64,000 nucleotides of DNA from the NCBI GenBank assembly GCA_965248925.1, contig CBDFLE010000006.1, positions 2,656,001-2,720,000 on the forward strand, given 5' to 3'. This document shows positions 1-11,065 of this stretch, one piece after another. Every line of letters begins with the position of its first letter. Position 1 is the first letter of the stretch. A program made the position numbers and the translations under genes. The notes under the pieces were generated by a model. That model searched no databases. It saw only the letters and a list, made by a program, of their open reading frames with translations, and was not told the origin of the DNA. Source of the stretch: Candidatus Multivoradales bacterium (GTDB lineage Bacteria; Acidobacteriota; Thermoanaerobaculia; Multivoradales; J023).

Positions 1-543
1 TTGGGCGGCATCGACTTGTTCTTCGAGATTCCCCACCACTGCGATCCATCAGAGCTCTTGCGATCGCTTGCCAAACAGGGCGGCCAACGAGCTTTCGCCA
101 AGATCCGCACCGGCGGCGTTACCCGGGAGAGCATCGCCAGCAGCACCGACGTCGCCCGCTTCGTGGCCGCCGCCGCTCGCTGGCAAGCACCGTTCAAGGC
201 CACCGCCGGGCTGCATCATCCGCTGCGTGGCGAATACCCTCTGACCTACGACCAGGGGGCCCAACTGGGGACCATGCACGGCTACCTCAATCTTTTTCTC
301 GCCGCCGCGATGGCGGCCGCTAGCCTGATCGACGAGCAGGGCATCATTGAATTGCTGGAAGAGCGCTCGCCGGGTGCCCTCAAGATCGACGCCCGGTCCA
401 TCACTTGGCGAGACCGGGTGTTAACCACCCAGGCCGTCGACAAAGCGCGCCAGAACTTCGCTCTATCTTATGGTTCGTGTTCTTTTCGCGAGCCGCTCAA
501 GGACCTGCGGGCACTCGGCTCACCGATCCCGGCATCGCTCTGA
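1..543 (+). CDS. Conserved hypothetical protein linked to fumarylacetoacetase (5'-truncated by window)
   Basis: Motifs KIRTGG, PFKATAGLHHPLR, HGYLNL and SYGSCSFREP; stop 35 nt upstream of fahA. Confidence 0.8.
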   Translation: MGGIDLFFEIPHHCDPSELLRSLAKQGGQRAFAKIRTGGVTRESIASSTDVARFVAAAARWQAPFKATAGLHHPLRGEYPLTYDQGAQLGTMHGYLNLFLAAAMAAASLIDEQGIIELLEERSPGALKIDARSITWRDRVLTTQAVDKARQNFALSYGSCSFREPLKDLRALGSPIPASL

Positions 544-577
544 CCCCAACCACCACCGCACAGACTGAGATATCCCG

Positions 578-1915
578 ATGACCAAGAACCTCAATGAGAC
601 TCACCAACCCAGCTTGAGTAGCTGGGTCGATGCGGCCAATCTGGCCAACTGCGATTTCCCGATTCAGAACCTACCCTTCGGCGTTTTCCGCGCCAAGGGC
701 GCCGACTCGGGCGCCGATTCGGCCACCCTCGGTGTGGCGATCGGCGACCAAGTGCTCGACCTGCGCCAGGCACAACAGCTTGGCCTGCTGCGCTCGGCGC
801 CAGCGGCGGCCCTCGGCGCGACCACCCTTAACCAACTGATGGGCTGTGGCTCACACACCGCTTCAGCATTGCGCGCCGAGCTTTCTCGGCTGCTGCGCGT
901 CGGAGCGGCCAACACCGAGCAGGCCGCGACCGCGCTGCGACCCGTGAGCGATGTCGAGCTACTGCTGCCAGCGGAGATTGGTGACTACACCGACTTCTAC
1001 TGCTCGGTCCACCATGCCACCAATGTCGGCACCATGTTCCGACCCGACAACCCGCTGATGCCAAACTACAAGCACCTGCCGGTGGGCTATCACGGGCGCG
1101 CGTCGTCGATTATGGTCAGTGGCACGCCGGTCCGGCGGCCCAGCGGCCAGTCGAAGGCTCCTGACGCGGAGTCGCCGTCCTTCGGCCCTTCGAAGTTGCT
1201 CGACTACGAGCTCGAAGTCGGCTTCTACGTCGGCCGTGGCAATGCCTTGGGCGAGCCGGTGGGCATCGAGCGAGCGGAGGAGCATCTTTTCGGCTTCTGC
1301 CTGGTTAATGATTGGTCGGCCCGCGACATCCAAGCCTGGGAATACCAGCCGCTGGGACCCTTCCTGGGCAAGAGCTTTATCACCTCAGTATCGCCGTGGG
1401 TGGTCACCACCGAAGCCCTGGCACCGTTCCGAGTTGCCGAATTCGAACGCTCAGCCGACGATCCGCGACCTCTGCCCCACCTGAATTCAGCCGAGAACAG
1501 CCGCGGCGGCGGCATCGATCTGCAACTAGAGGTCTACTTGAGCACCGAGCGGATGCGCGAAGATGGCGCCAAGCCCTGCCGCCTCAGCCACAGCAACTAC
1601 CGCCACCTTTACTGGACCACGGCGCAGATGCTCGCCCACCACGCCTCGAACGGTTGCAACTTACGCCCCGGCGATCTGATGGCCAGCGGCACGGTGTCCG
1701 GCCCCGAGAAGAGCGCCCGTGGCTGCTTGCTCGAACTCACCTGGAGGGGCGCCGAGCCGATCACCCTGGACAACGGTGAGCAGCGAAAGTTCCTCGCCGA
1801 CGGCGACCAGCTGACCTTGCGAGGCCACTGTGCGGCGGACGGTGCCAGCCGCATCGGTTTTGGCGAATGCAGCGGCATTGTCTTGCCAGCCCTGACCTGC
1901 GAGGACCGAAGATGA
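578..1915 (+). CDS. fahA: Fumarylacetoacetase
   Basis: DFPIQNLPFG, GDYTDFY, PVGYHGRASS, LDYELE, NDWSARDIQAWEYQPLGPF, GFGEC. Confidence 0.95.
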   Translation: MTKNLNETHQPSLSSWVDAANLANCDFPIQNLPFGVFRAKGADSGADSATLGVAIGDQVLDLRQAQQLGLLRSAPAAALGATTLNQLMGCGSHTASALRAELSRLLRVGAANTEQAATALRPVSDVELLLPAEIGDYTDFYCSVHHATNVGTMFRPDNPLMPNYKHLPVGYHGRASSIMVSGTPVRRPSGQSKAPDAESPSFGPSKLLDYELEVGFYVGRGNALGEPVGIERAEEHLFGFCLVNDWSARDIQAWEYQPLGPFLGKSFITSVSPWVVTTEALAPFRVAEFERSADDPRPLPHLNSAENSRGGGIDLQLEVYLSTERMREDGAKPCRLSHSNYRHLYWTTAQMLAHHASNGCNLRPGDLMASGTVSGPEKSARGCLLELTWRGAEPITLDNGEQRKFLADGDQLTLRGHCAADGASRIGFGECSGIVLPALTCEDRR

Positions 1916-2292
1916 CTAGCCCCCTCAACCCGGCGACCGCCTGCCGCGCCCTGCTGCTCTGCCTCGCCCTGCTGCTGGTCGGCTGCGGCCAGACCCTCAA
2001 GCCGCCACCCCTCGGCGTAGCGCACCGCGAATCGCTGCTCGGCGCCGGCCGGATCTTGCAGATCACCAACACCAGCGAAGAACCCCTGACCTGTCCCCAG
2101 GTACGCATCGAGACCCCAGCAGGCGACGTCAAGACCCACCATCTCGGCGTACTGGCCAGTGGCGAGCTGGTAGAGCTAGGCTGGAAGAAGCTCGGCGGTT
2201 TCGAGATCACCCCCGGCGCCGAGGTGACTTTCGAGTGCGAAGGCTATTTGCGGCCGTTGGCCGTAACCATAGAGACCGCCGCCGATCAGTAA
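1912..2292 (+). CDS. Small putative lipoprotein
   Basis: ATG 1912 overlaps fahA stop (ATGA); hydrophobic stretch ending in lipobox LLVG-C. Confidence 0.7.
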   Translation: MTSPLNPATACRALLLCLALLLVGCGQTLKPPPLGVAHRESLLGAGRILQITNTSEEPLTCPQVRIETPAGDVKTHHLGVLASGELVELGWKKLGGFEITPGAEVTFECEGYLRPLAVTIETAADQ

Positions 2293-2328
2293 GCCGAGCC
2301 GGCGTTTCGCCCACCCGGCTGTGAGAGC

Positions 2329-2379
2329 TTGACTTTTCCGTCCACATTCTTAGAATAGAGAGAATCCGAATTCGGATTC
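2329..2379 (+). promoter_or_regulatory. Sigma70-like promoter plus TetR operator
   Basis: TTGACT(2329-34)-N16-TAGAAT(2351-56); perfect 18-bp palindrome GAATCCGAATTCGGATTC at 2362-2379. Confidence 0.75.
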
Positions 2380-2405
2380 GTAACTTGCGATCGCCTTGAG
2401 ACCTG

Positions 2406-3071
2406 ATGTTGCTCTATCACGCACACCAGTCACGAAGCCGGGAGTCCCAGCAGCGTCTGCTCGAGGCGGGGGCCCAGCTCCTGGATCGCTTCTCGTGGGA
2501 CGACATCTCGATCGCGGCAGTGGCCAAGGAAGCGAACACCTCTGTGGGCGGCTTCTACGCGCGGTTCAAATCGAAGGATTCGCTCCTGCTGGTGCTTCAC
2601 GAGCGGTACGAGAAGAGGCGAAATGACCATTTCGAGAGATTCTTCGAATCGGACATCCGGGCTCAACCGTTGTCGGAACGGATAACGGCCCTGGTCGAAG
2701 CCGTAGCCGAATGGATGCACGAGAATCGCGGCATCCTGCGCACCTTTCTTCTCCGCTTTTGGTCGAGACCGGATGAGTTCGACGGAGCATTCCGTGAGCA
2801 ACTCGGCAACCTGTACGGACAGGCGGTAGCACTCTTGGTCGGGGATCGAGAGGAGATCGGTCGTCCGGATCCAAACCAGGCAGCCCACATGGCTGTTGTC
2901 GTGCTGGCCGCCTCTTGCCGGGACGCCCTGGTCCTCAAACCGGCTCCGAATCCGGGAGCGCTAGAACAGACCTTGAGTGAATTCAAGCAGGCGATGGCGG
3001 AGATTACGTGGTGCTACCTGAGTGCCGCAACAACGCCTCTTGGAGTCACGGGAGAAGCAGATGAAGACTAG
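2406..3071 (+). CDS. TetR/AcrR family transcriptional regulator
   Basis: N-terminal HTH ISIAAVAKEANTSVGGFYARFKSKDSL. Confidence 0.9.
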   Translation: MLLYHAHQSRSRESQQRLLEAGAQLLDRFSWDDISIAAVAKEANTSVGGFYARFKSKDSLLLVLHERYEKRRNDHFERFFESDIRAQPLSERITALVEAVAEWMHENRGILRTFLLRFWSRPDEFDGAFREQLGNLYGQAVALLVGDREEIGRPDPNQAAHMAVVVLAASCRDALVLKPAPNPGALEQTLSEFKQAMAEITWCYLSAATTPLGVTGEADED

Positions 3072-4374
3072 AGTTTTGGCCGTTGGTCTCGCCGTTGTAG
3101 CCCTCGCCAGCTGTCGGCCGCCAGCCGCTCGTGTGGTCGAGTACCGGCTGGACGAGAAGCTCCAAGAGCTGGCGCTAGCGTTCTTGGCGAACGGAGACTT
3201 CTCCGGCGTTATCGCCGTGTCTCACGACGGAGAGGTGATTGGTGAAGCGGCCGTGGCATCGACGTATGTCCAGGGCGCAAGAGCGCTCGACACTCATACG
3301 AGCTTTCATGTGGCGTCAATCTCGAAGACCTTTACCGCCGCTGCGATCCGCAGTCTGGTGGCTCAGGACCGGTTTTCGCTCGACGATCCGTTGGCGGATT
3401 TTCTTCCCGACTTTCCGGCCAGCGAGAGCCTGACGATCCGCCATCTCCTGAACCACCAGTCAGGAGTTCCTGACTACTGGTCCCTTCCCGACGTGGGCGA
3501 ATACACCTCACGCCACACGCCGATCGCTGAGCTGATTGCATGGTTGGGTACGAAGCCGCTCGATTTCGCTCCCGGATCTGACACCTCCTACAGCAACTCG
3601 GGCTATGCGCTGCTCGCCGCGGTCGTCGAAGCAGCCTCGGGCCAGAAGTACCACGACTACTTGGCGCGAGAAATCTTCCCCGCTGCAAACCTGAAGGAGA
3701 CCAGCGTCTATCTGAATGACGCCGATGTCGTTGGCTACTCTCCAGCCTACGGCAGCGACAGAATCACGCCGAGCGCGCCCTACGACCCCTCGATTCTCAT
3801 CGGTGCTGGATCCTTGAAGTCGACGGCGAGCGACCTACTGCTTTGGTGCAAGGTCTTTATCGACAACTTCTTGGATGCCGAATCGGACACTTTCGTCTAC
3901 GGATGGGGAACTCGGGAGGAAAACGGCAGGCGGCACTTGGAGCAAACCGGCAGGAATCCGGGATTCAGCGCTCATCTTCGGGCCTATCCGGACAGCGGCA
4001 CCTGTGTCGTCGTGCTCAGCAACATCGAGTCCGACTCGGTTGCAGTCCTCGGCGCGGGTGCAGCGGCGATTGCCTTTGGCGAAGCGGTGACACCGCTAGC
4101 GAAGCGGCCCGTCATCTCGGTTTCTGAGGATAAGTTGGCCGCCTTCATTGGCCACTTCGAGATCTCCCCAGGAAACATCGTGGAAGTGTCCATGGGCGCC
4201 GGCGGGCTTCTTCTCCGCGGGCGAAACGGCCCGTTCTTGCCCCTGGAAGCAATCGGAGACGACAAGTTCTTTTATCGGCAGCTCTACACGATGATCGCAG
4301 CCGAGCGGGACGATCACGGGCAGGTCACGGCATTGCTGTGGGGTGGCTCTTGGAGGATGCCCAGAGTCGAATGA
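3061..4374 (+). CDS. Serine hydrolase, beta-lactamase class C/PBP-like lipoprotein
   Basis: SxxK (ASISKTF), LLNHQSG, YxN (YSNSGY), lipobox LAS-C; ATG 3061 overlaps tetR end. Confidence 0.88.
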   Translation: MKTRVLAVGLAVVALASCRPPAARVVEYRLDEKLQELALAFLANGDFSGVIAVSHDGEVIGEAAVASTYVQGARALDTHTSFHVASISKTFTAAAIRSLVAQDRFSLDDPLADFLPDFPASESLTIRHLLNHQSGVPDYWSLPDVGEYTSRHTPIAELIAWLGTKPLDFAPGSDTSYSNSGYALLAAVVEAASGQKYHDYLAREIFPAANLKETSVYLNDADVVGYSPAYGSDRITPSAPYDPSILIGAGSLKSTASDLLLWCKVFIDNFLDAESDTFVYGWGTREENGRRHLEQTGRNPGFSAHLRAYPDSGTCVVVLSNIESDSVAVLGAGAAAIAFGEAVTPLAKRPVISVSEDKLAAFIGHFEISPGNIVEVSMGAGGLLLRGRNGPFLPLEAIGDDKFFYRQLYTMIAAERDDHGQVTALLWGGSWRMPRVE

Positions 4375-4411
4375 CCGAGTGCGCCCGCGGTTGTCGCTCA
4401 GTACCTCTTGC

Positions 4412-4792
4412 TCACATCATACCGAGATCGAGGCGGGCGGCTTCGGACATCATGCTCGGGTTCCACTCCGGATCCCAGACCACCTCGACCTCGGCCGACT
4501 CGACGCCAGAGACGCCTTCGATCTTGTCCTGAACCTCACCGGGCAGGATGCCGGCCACCGGGCAGCCGGGGGAGGTCAAGGTCATTTTCACCGAGACTTT
4601 CTTGTCCGCGTCGACCTCGATGGTGTAGATCAAGCCAAGCTCGTAGATGTTGACCGGGATTTCCGGGTCGTAGACCGTGCGGATGGCCTCGACTATGCGC
4701 TCTTCGAGGGTCGGTGGGCCGCTGCTCTCTCTGCTGTCCACTATTTCGGCAGCGGTGTTTGCGGTGTCGCTAGAGTCGGTGGCGTGGTCCAT
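4412..4792 (-). CDS. sufT: DUF59 Fe-S assembly protein (SufT-like)
   Basis: DPEIPVNIYELGLIY, MTLTSPGCP, WDPEW; last gene of suf operon. Confidence 0.88.
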   Translation of the reverse strand: MDHATDSSDTANTAAEIVDSRESSGPPTLEERIVEAIRTVYDPEIPVNIYELGLIYTIEVDADKKVSVKMTLTSPGCPVAGILPGEVQDKIEGVSGVESAEVEVVWDPEWNPSMMSEAARLDLGMM

Positions 4793-4838
4793 GACAATGG
4801 GTTCCTACAGCTGGGTTAGTGGGCTGCTCGGGAGCGGC

Positions 4839-5306
4839 CTATTCGGTGGTCACGGTGTCGGAGTCGGACTTGGCCAAGGCGGCCTGTAACGTGTGCCAGG
4901 CGAGGGTGGCGCATTTGACCCGCATTGGGAATTCACGCACCCCGCCGAGGGCTTCCAAGCGGTCGAAATCTTCGTCGCCTTCTTCAGTCAGCGGCTTGGC
5001 TTCGTCGTTGGTGAGAAAATCGCGAAAGCGCTCGAAGATGCGGTGGGCAGTGGCCACCGGTTTGCCCTTGATGACTTCGGTCATCATCGATGCCGAAGCG
5101 GTCGAAATTGCGCAACCGGCACCGTGGAAGGTGATCTCGCGCACGACTCCGTCTTCAACTCGGGCAAAGACCTCGACTTTGTCACCACACAGAGGGTTGT
5201 AACCGTCAGCGTGGCAGTTGTGCCCTGCTAGCTCGGCGAAGTTACGCGGCTGCCGATAGTGATCGATGATCACCTGCTGGTAAAGATCGCGGAGATCGTC
5301 GTTCAT
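4839..5306 (-). CDS. sufU: SufU/NifU-like sulfur transfer protein
   Basis: LYQQVIIDHYRQPRN, NPLCGD, GCAISTASAS, RVKCATLAW. Confidence 0.92.
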   Translation of the reverse strand: MNDDLRDLYQQVIIDHYRQPRNFAELAGHNCHADGYNPLCGDKVEVFARVEDGVVREITFHGAGCAISTASASMMTEVIKGKPVATAHRIFERFRDFLTNDEAKPLTEEGDEDFDRLEALGGVREFPMRVKCATLAWHTLQAALAKSDSDTVTTE

Positions 5307-6571
5307 CTGCTGAATAGCTCCACCACCCGTAGCAGACCCGCCGCCAAGCGGTCGACCTCTTCTCGAGTGTTGTAGAAGGCCAAAGAGGCGCGAGCGGTGG
5401 CGCTCACCCCAAACCTTTCGATCGCTGGCTGGGCACAGTGGTGGCCGACCCGCACCGCGATGCCCTGGCGATCGAGAATGGTGCCGACATCATGAGCATG
5501 AACCCCTTCGACCATAAACGAAACCACCGCGACCTTGTGCCGCGCGGTGCCGATCAGTCGCACTTCGGGAATCGCTTGCAGCTGGGCTTGGGCGTATTCC
5601 AGCAGCTCAGCTTCGTAAGCCGCGATCCGCTCGAGACCCACTTTTTCGAGATATTCGATCGCCACACCGAGGCCGATCGCGCCGACGATATTTGGCGTGC
5701 CGGCTTCGAAGCGATGCGGGATCTCATTGTAGGTGGTGCCGTCGAAGCTCACCGACAGGATCATCTCTCCGCCACCCTGGTAGGGCTGCATCTCGCGCAG
5801 CAGCTCGGTCCGCCCCCAGAGCAGGCCGATGCCGGTGGGACCGACCATCTTGTGGCCGGACACAACATAGAAGTCGCAACCCAGCGCAGCCATGTCGAGA
5901 CTTTTGTGAGGGGCCGCTTGAGCACCATCGAGCAACACCGGCACCCCTTGACGGTGAGCTAACTCGACCATTCGCTCGACCGGATTGATGGTGCCGATGG
6001 CATTGGACACATGCACCGCGGCGACCATCTTGGTGCGCGGACCGAGCAACTCTTCGTAAGCTGCCATGTTGAGTTCGCCGCGATCGTCGAAAGGTACTAC
6101 CCGCAGCTCGGCGCCGGTTGCTTCGCAGACCATCTGCCAGGGTACGATGTTGGAGTGGTGCTCCATCGCGGTCAGCAAAATCTGGTCGCCGGCTCCTAAC
6201 CGCGGACGAGCGAAGCTCTGCGCCACCAGATTAATGCCTTCGGTGGCACCACGGACAAAGATCACCTCGCTGTTGTCGGCGGCACCGAGAAAACGCCCAG
6301 CGGTGGCTCGGGCTGCCTCGTAATGATCGGTAGCACGCTGCGACAGCTGATGCACGCCGCGATGAACGTTGGCGTAGTCGAAGGTGTAGGCCCGCGTCAC
6401 CGCGTCGATCACCACCTGCGGCTTCTGCGCCGAAGCAGCGCTGTCGAGATAGGCCAGCGGCTGGCCGTGAACTTGCTGAGCGAGGCCAGGGAAGTCGCGG
6501 CGGATTTGCTCGACATCAAATGCCGATGGCGAAACCTGGTTGGCTGTTGGCTGTTGGCTAGCGACGGGCAT
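5303..6571 (-). CDS. sufS: Cysteine desulfurase (class II)
   Basis: YLDSAASAQKP, ANVHRG, SGHKMVGPTG, RVGHHCA; start moved to ATG 6571 after GGAG. Confidence 0.93.
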   Translation of the reverse strand: MPVASQQPTANQVSPSAFDVEQIRRDFPGLAQQVHGQPLAYLDSAASAQKPQVVIDAVTRAYTFDYANVHRGVHQLSQRATDHYEAARATAGRFLGAADNSEVIFVRGATEGINLVAQSFARPRLGAGDQILLTAMEHHSNIVPWQMVCEATGAELRVVPFDDRGELNMAAYEELLGPRTKMVAAVHVSNAIGTINPVERMVELAHRQGVPVLLDGAQAAPHKSLDMAALGCDFYVVSGHKMVGPTGIGLLWGRTELLREMQPYQGGGEMILSVSFDGTTYNEIPHRFEAGTPNIVGAIGLGVAIEYLEKVGLERIAAYEAELLEYAQAQLQAIPEVRLIGTARHKVAVVSFMVEGVHAHDVGTILDRQGIAVRVGHHCAQPAIERFGVSATARASLAFYNTREEVDRLAAGLLRVVELFSR

Positions 6572-6604
6572 GGGCGGCGATCTCCAGATTCTCACTCGGG
6601 CGGC

Positions 6605-7933
6605 TCAAACCGCCTGGCGCACCACGTCGCCCTTGGGTAAGCGGGTGAAGAGGAATTCTTCGAGGTCGCGACGGATGCTTTCGAGACGAATCTCGCTCAG
6701 CACCTCAGCGGCGAAAGCGTAGGTCAGCAGGCTGGTAGCCGCCGCCTCGCCTATACCCCGTGAACGCAGGTAGAAGACCGCCTCGTCGTCGAGTTGACCA
6801 ATCGTCGACCCGTGGGTGCAGCGCACGTCGTCGGCAAAAATCTCAAGCTGAGGATTGGAGAGCGCCTTGGCCCCCGGCGAGAGCAGCAGATTGCGGTTCG
6901 ACTGCTTGGCGTCGGTCTTCTGGGCGTCTTGGTGGACATAGATCCGTCCATTGAATACCGCCTTCGACTGGCCTTCGAGGATTCCCTTGTAAAGCTCGTA
7001 GCTGTTGCAGTTGGGTTTTGCATGATCGACCCGCATCTGGTTGTCGACGTGCTGTCTACCGCGGGTCAAATAGAGGCCGTTGAGGGTGCATTCGATACCC
7101 TCGGCGTCGAGCATTGCCAGGATGTCGTTGCGCACCAAGGCGCCGCCGTGGGAGATCGAATGGGAGAAGAAGTTGGCGTCGCGCTGCAAGTAGACCTTCT
7201 GGTACGCAACGTGGAAAGCGTCCACCGACTCCTGCTCGAGCTTGTAGTGATCCACCACTGAACGCGGTCCGCAGATGATCTCGGTCACCGGACAGGTGAA
7301 GTAGCGCTCGCCGGTGATGCCGCCATAGGTCTCGATCACCGTCAGCTGGCTGTTCTCTCCGGCAACCAGCAGATTGCGCGGATAACTCACCAGCTCAACA
7401 CCGCCGGTGGCGGAGAAGAAGAGGAGGTGGATCGGCCGCTCGACCACCACTCCCCGCGGCACGTCGATGAAGGCGCCGTCCGCCAGGAAGGCAGTGTTGA
7501 GCGCCGCGAAGGGGTGTTGGCTGAGATCTACCTGGCTGCCGAGGTGCGCGAAGACCCGCTGCGGGCACTCCTCCATCGCCTGCGCCAGACTGCCGGCGAA
7601 CACTCCTGCGGGCAACTGACCGAGCTGCGATAGCTCGCTCGACAGCCGGCCACCGACAAAAACCAATTCGATGCAATCAGGCACCAGGAAAGGCCCTAAC
7701 TGATCCCGGCTCAGCCCTCGGGTCTCGCCGTTGGCCAGGGAGAAGCGGCGGCGGGCGATCGGCGCCACGTTGGTGTTGAGCCACTCTTCCTGGCGCATGC
7801 GGGGAAATCCCTGGCGCTCGAACTGCACGAGCCCGAGATGACGCAGCTCGGCCAAGCGCGGTGAGGCCGGACTGGCGGCCAGGAAGGCAGCGTAGCCTTC
7901 AAGAACATGCGGGCATTCGGCAACTGCTGGCAT
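6605..7933 (-). CDS. sufD: Fe-S cluster assembly protein SufD
   Basis: FNGRIYV, AQKTDAKQ, PQLEIFADDVRCTHGSTIG, FYLRSRGI. Confidence 0.93.
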   Translation of the reverse strand: MPAVAECPHVLEGYAAFLAASPASPRLAELRHLGLVQFERQGFPRMRQEEWLNTNVAPIARRRFSLANGETRGLSRDQLGPFLVPDCIELVFVGGRLSSELSQLGQLPAGVFAGSLAQAMEECPQRVFAHLGSQVDLSQHPFAALNTAFLADGAFIDVPRGVVVERPIHLLFFSATGGVELVSYPRNLLVAGENSQLTVIETYGGITGERYFTCPVTEIICGPRSVVDHYKLEQESVDAFHVAYQKVYLQRDANFFSHSISHGGALVRNDILAMLDAEGIECTLNGLYLTRGRQHVDNQMRVDHAKPNCNSYELYKGILEGQSKAVFNGRIYVHQDAQKTDAKQSNRNLLLSPGAKALSNPQLEIFADDVRCTHGSTIGQLDDEAVFYLRSRGIGEAAATSLLTYAFAAEVLSEIRLESIRRDLEEFLFTRLPKGDVVRQAV

Positions 7934-7942
7934 CGCGCTCTC

Positions 7943-8716
7943 CTAGACCGAGACCGCCGCGGTTTCCCGCGCGATCTCTTGCTCGAGCCAGGAATAGCCC
8001 TTTTCTTCGAGTTCCAACGCCAGCTCTTTGCCACCGGTGCTAACGATGCGACCGTCGAGCAACACATGGACAAAATCCGGCACGATGTAACTCAGCAAGC
8101 GCTGGTAGTGGGTGATGACAACGAAGGAGCGGTCCGCTGAGCGCATCTTGTTGACGCCGTCTGAGACGATCCGCAGGGCGTCGATATCGAGCCCCGAGTC
8201 GGTCTCGTCGAGCACTGCCAAGCTGGGTTCCAGAACCGCCATGTGGAAGATCTCGTTGCGCTTCTTCTCACCGCCCGAGAAACCATGGTTGACCGGCCGG
8301 TTGAGCAGCGTCTCGTCCATCTTGACCAGCTTCATTTTCGCTCGCGCCAGCTTGAGAAAGCTCAGCGCATCGACCTCGCTCTCGCCACGATGCTTGCGGG
8401 TGGCGTTGAGCGCCGCCTTCAAAAAGTAGGTATTGGACACGCCGGGGATCTCGACCGGGTACTGAAAGGCCATGAAGAGGCCCTCGCAAGCGCGAATCTC
8501 GGGCGCCATGTCGAGCAAGTTCTGGCCCTTGAACAGCACCTCGCCAGCGGTGACCTCATACTCTTCGCGGCCAGCCAACACCTGTGCCAAGGTGCTCTTA
8601 CCAGAACCGTTGGGGCCCATGATGGCGTGTACTTGGCCCTTGCCGATCTCAAGATCGACGCCTTTGAGAATCTGCTTGCCGTCGATTGCGGCCTGCAAGT
8701 TCTTGATCTTCAACAT
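7943..8716 (-). CDS. sufC: Fe-S cluster assembly ATPase SufC
   Basis: GPNGSGKS, FQYPVEIPGV, FSGGEKKRNE, LDETDSGLD; start MLKIKNL at 8716. Confidence 0.95.
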   Translation of the reverse strand: MLKIKNLQAAIDGKQILKGVDLEIGKGQVHAIMGPNGSGKSTLAQVLAGREEYEVTAGEVLFKGQNLLDMAPEIRACEGLFMAFQYPVEIPGVSNTYFLKAALNATRKHRGESEVDALSFLKLARAKMKLVKMDETLLNRPVNHGFSGGEKKRNEIFHMAVLEPSLAVLDETDSGLDIDALRIVSDGVNKMRSADRSFVVITHYQRLLSYIVPDFVHVLLDGRIVSTGGKELALELEEKGYSWLEQEIARETAAVSV

Positions 8717-8762
8717 CTCTGATCTATCTCCAAATTCTTGATCGTCGTGCGTCCGGGTCGGC

Positions 8763-10211
<1,449 letters not shown>

Positions 10212-10220
10212 CCGCTTATC

Positions 10221-10265
10221 TCCATCGGCGCTGGTTCCATTGGCACGGGTTCCATTGGCGCTGGC
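10221..10265. repeat. 15-bp imperfect tandem repeat x3
   Basis: TCCATCGGCGCTGGT / TCCATTGGCACGGGT / TCCATTGGCGCTGGC next to the sufB RBS. Confidence 0.8.
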
Positions 10266-10336
10266 TAGCCGAGTTCTTGCTCGCTTCTAAACCGGTCAAA
10301 GGGGTCGGCGGGTTAGGAACAGGTGGCCGCATGGCC

Positions 10337-10792
10337 CTACTGCTCCGTCGCGGTGTCACCACCACCGAGCATTACCAACTGCGGTTGTAGCGGCAGAGCG
10401 AGCATCTCGAGTGAGACTCTCTCAAGAGCATCACGAAGACTGTCGTTGATCATCTGCCAGTTGGCCCGCAGCAGACAGACCGCTTCTTGGCTGCACTCGC
10501 CCGGAGAATCCTCGATGCACTCGGTAAAAGCAATCGGGCCTTCCAGAGCCGAGATCATCGCCGCTACTGAGATCTTGTCTGCCGAGCGCGCCAGGGCGTA
10601 ACCACCGTGCGCCCCTCGATGGGAGATCAGCAGCCCTTCACGAACCAACAGTCTCAAGGTCTTGCTGATCATCGGCAGGGGAATCTGGGTTTCTGACGCC
10701 AACTCAGGAGCGGTCAGTCGCCGATCCCCATCCCGCGCCAGATGGGTCATCAAGACGATGCCGTAGTCAGCTTGTTTAGTCAGGCGGAACAT
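10337..10792 (-). CDS. Rrf2 family SUF regulator
   Basis: MFRLTKQADYG, RGAHGGYAL, three Cys (C-x7-C-x5-C); first gene of suf operon. Confidence 0.9.
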   Translation of the reverse strand: MFRLTKQADYGIVLMTHLARDGDRRLTAPELASETQIPLPMISKTLRLLVREGLLISHRGAHGGYALARSADKISVAAMISALEGPIAFTECIEDSPGECSQEAVCLLRANWQMINDSLRDALERVSLEMLALPLQPQLVMLGGGDTATEQ

Positions 10793-10932
10793 CTTAAGCC
10801 CAGAAACCTCAGATCTAAGATACAGGCCAGCCGTTAGTCAGGCCGGCCAGGCGCTGGGTCACAGCCGGCTTGCTGCTTAGACGCTGAATCGTTACTAGTG
10901 AATCGGGAGCAGTTGCAAACCACTTTCAAATC

Positions 10933-10988
10933 AATCTAGACCATTTTAGTCTTGTATTTGATCTTAGCAGCTGCTTCGCCGCTGTCAA
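10933..10988 (-). promoter_or_regulatory. suf promoter with IscR/Rrf2-type operator
   Basis: Minus strand TTGACA(10988-83)-N16-TAAGAT(10966-61); adjacent imperfect palindrome AATCTAGACCATTTTAGTCTTGTATT resembles the IscR type-1 site. Confidence 0.7.
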
Positions 10989-11065
10989 GAGACTTCACTG
11001 CCTAGCAGCGGCATCGCCAGGCGGCACCGCAGTCAAGGTCAGTCAAGTACCGGCGCCGGGGGCGG

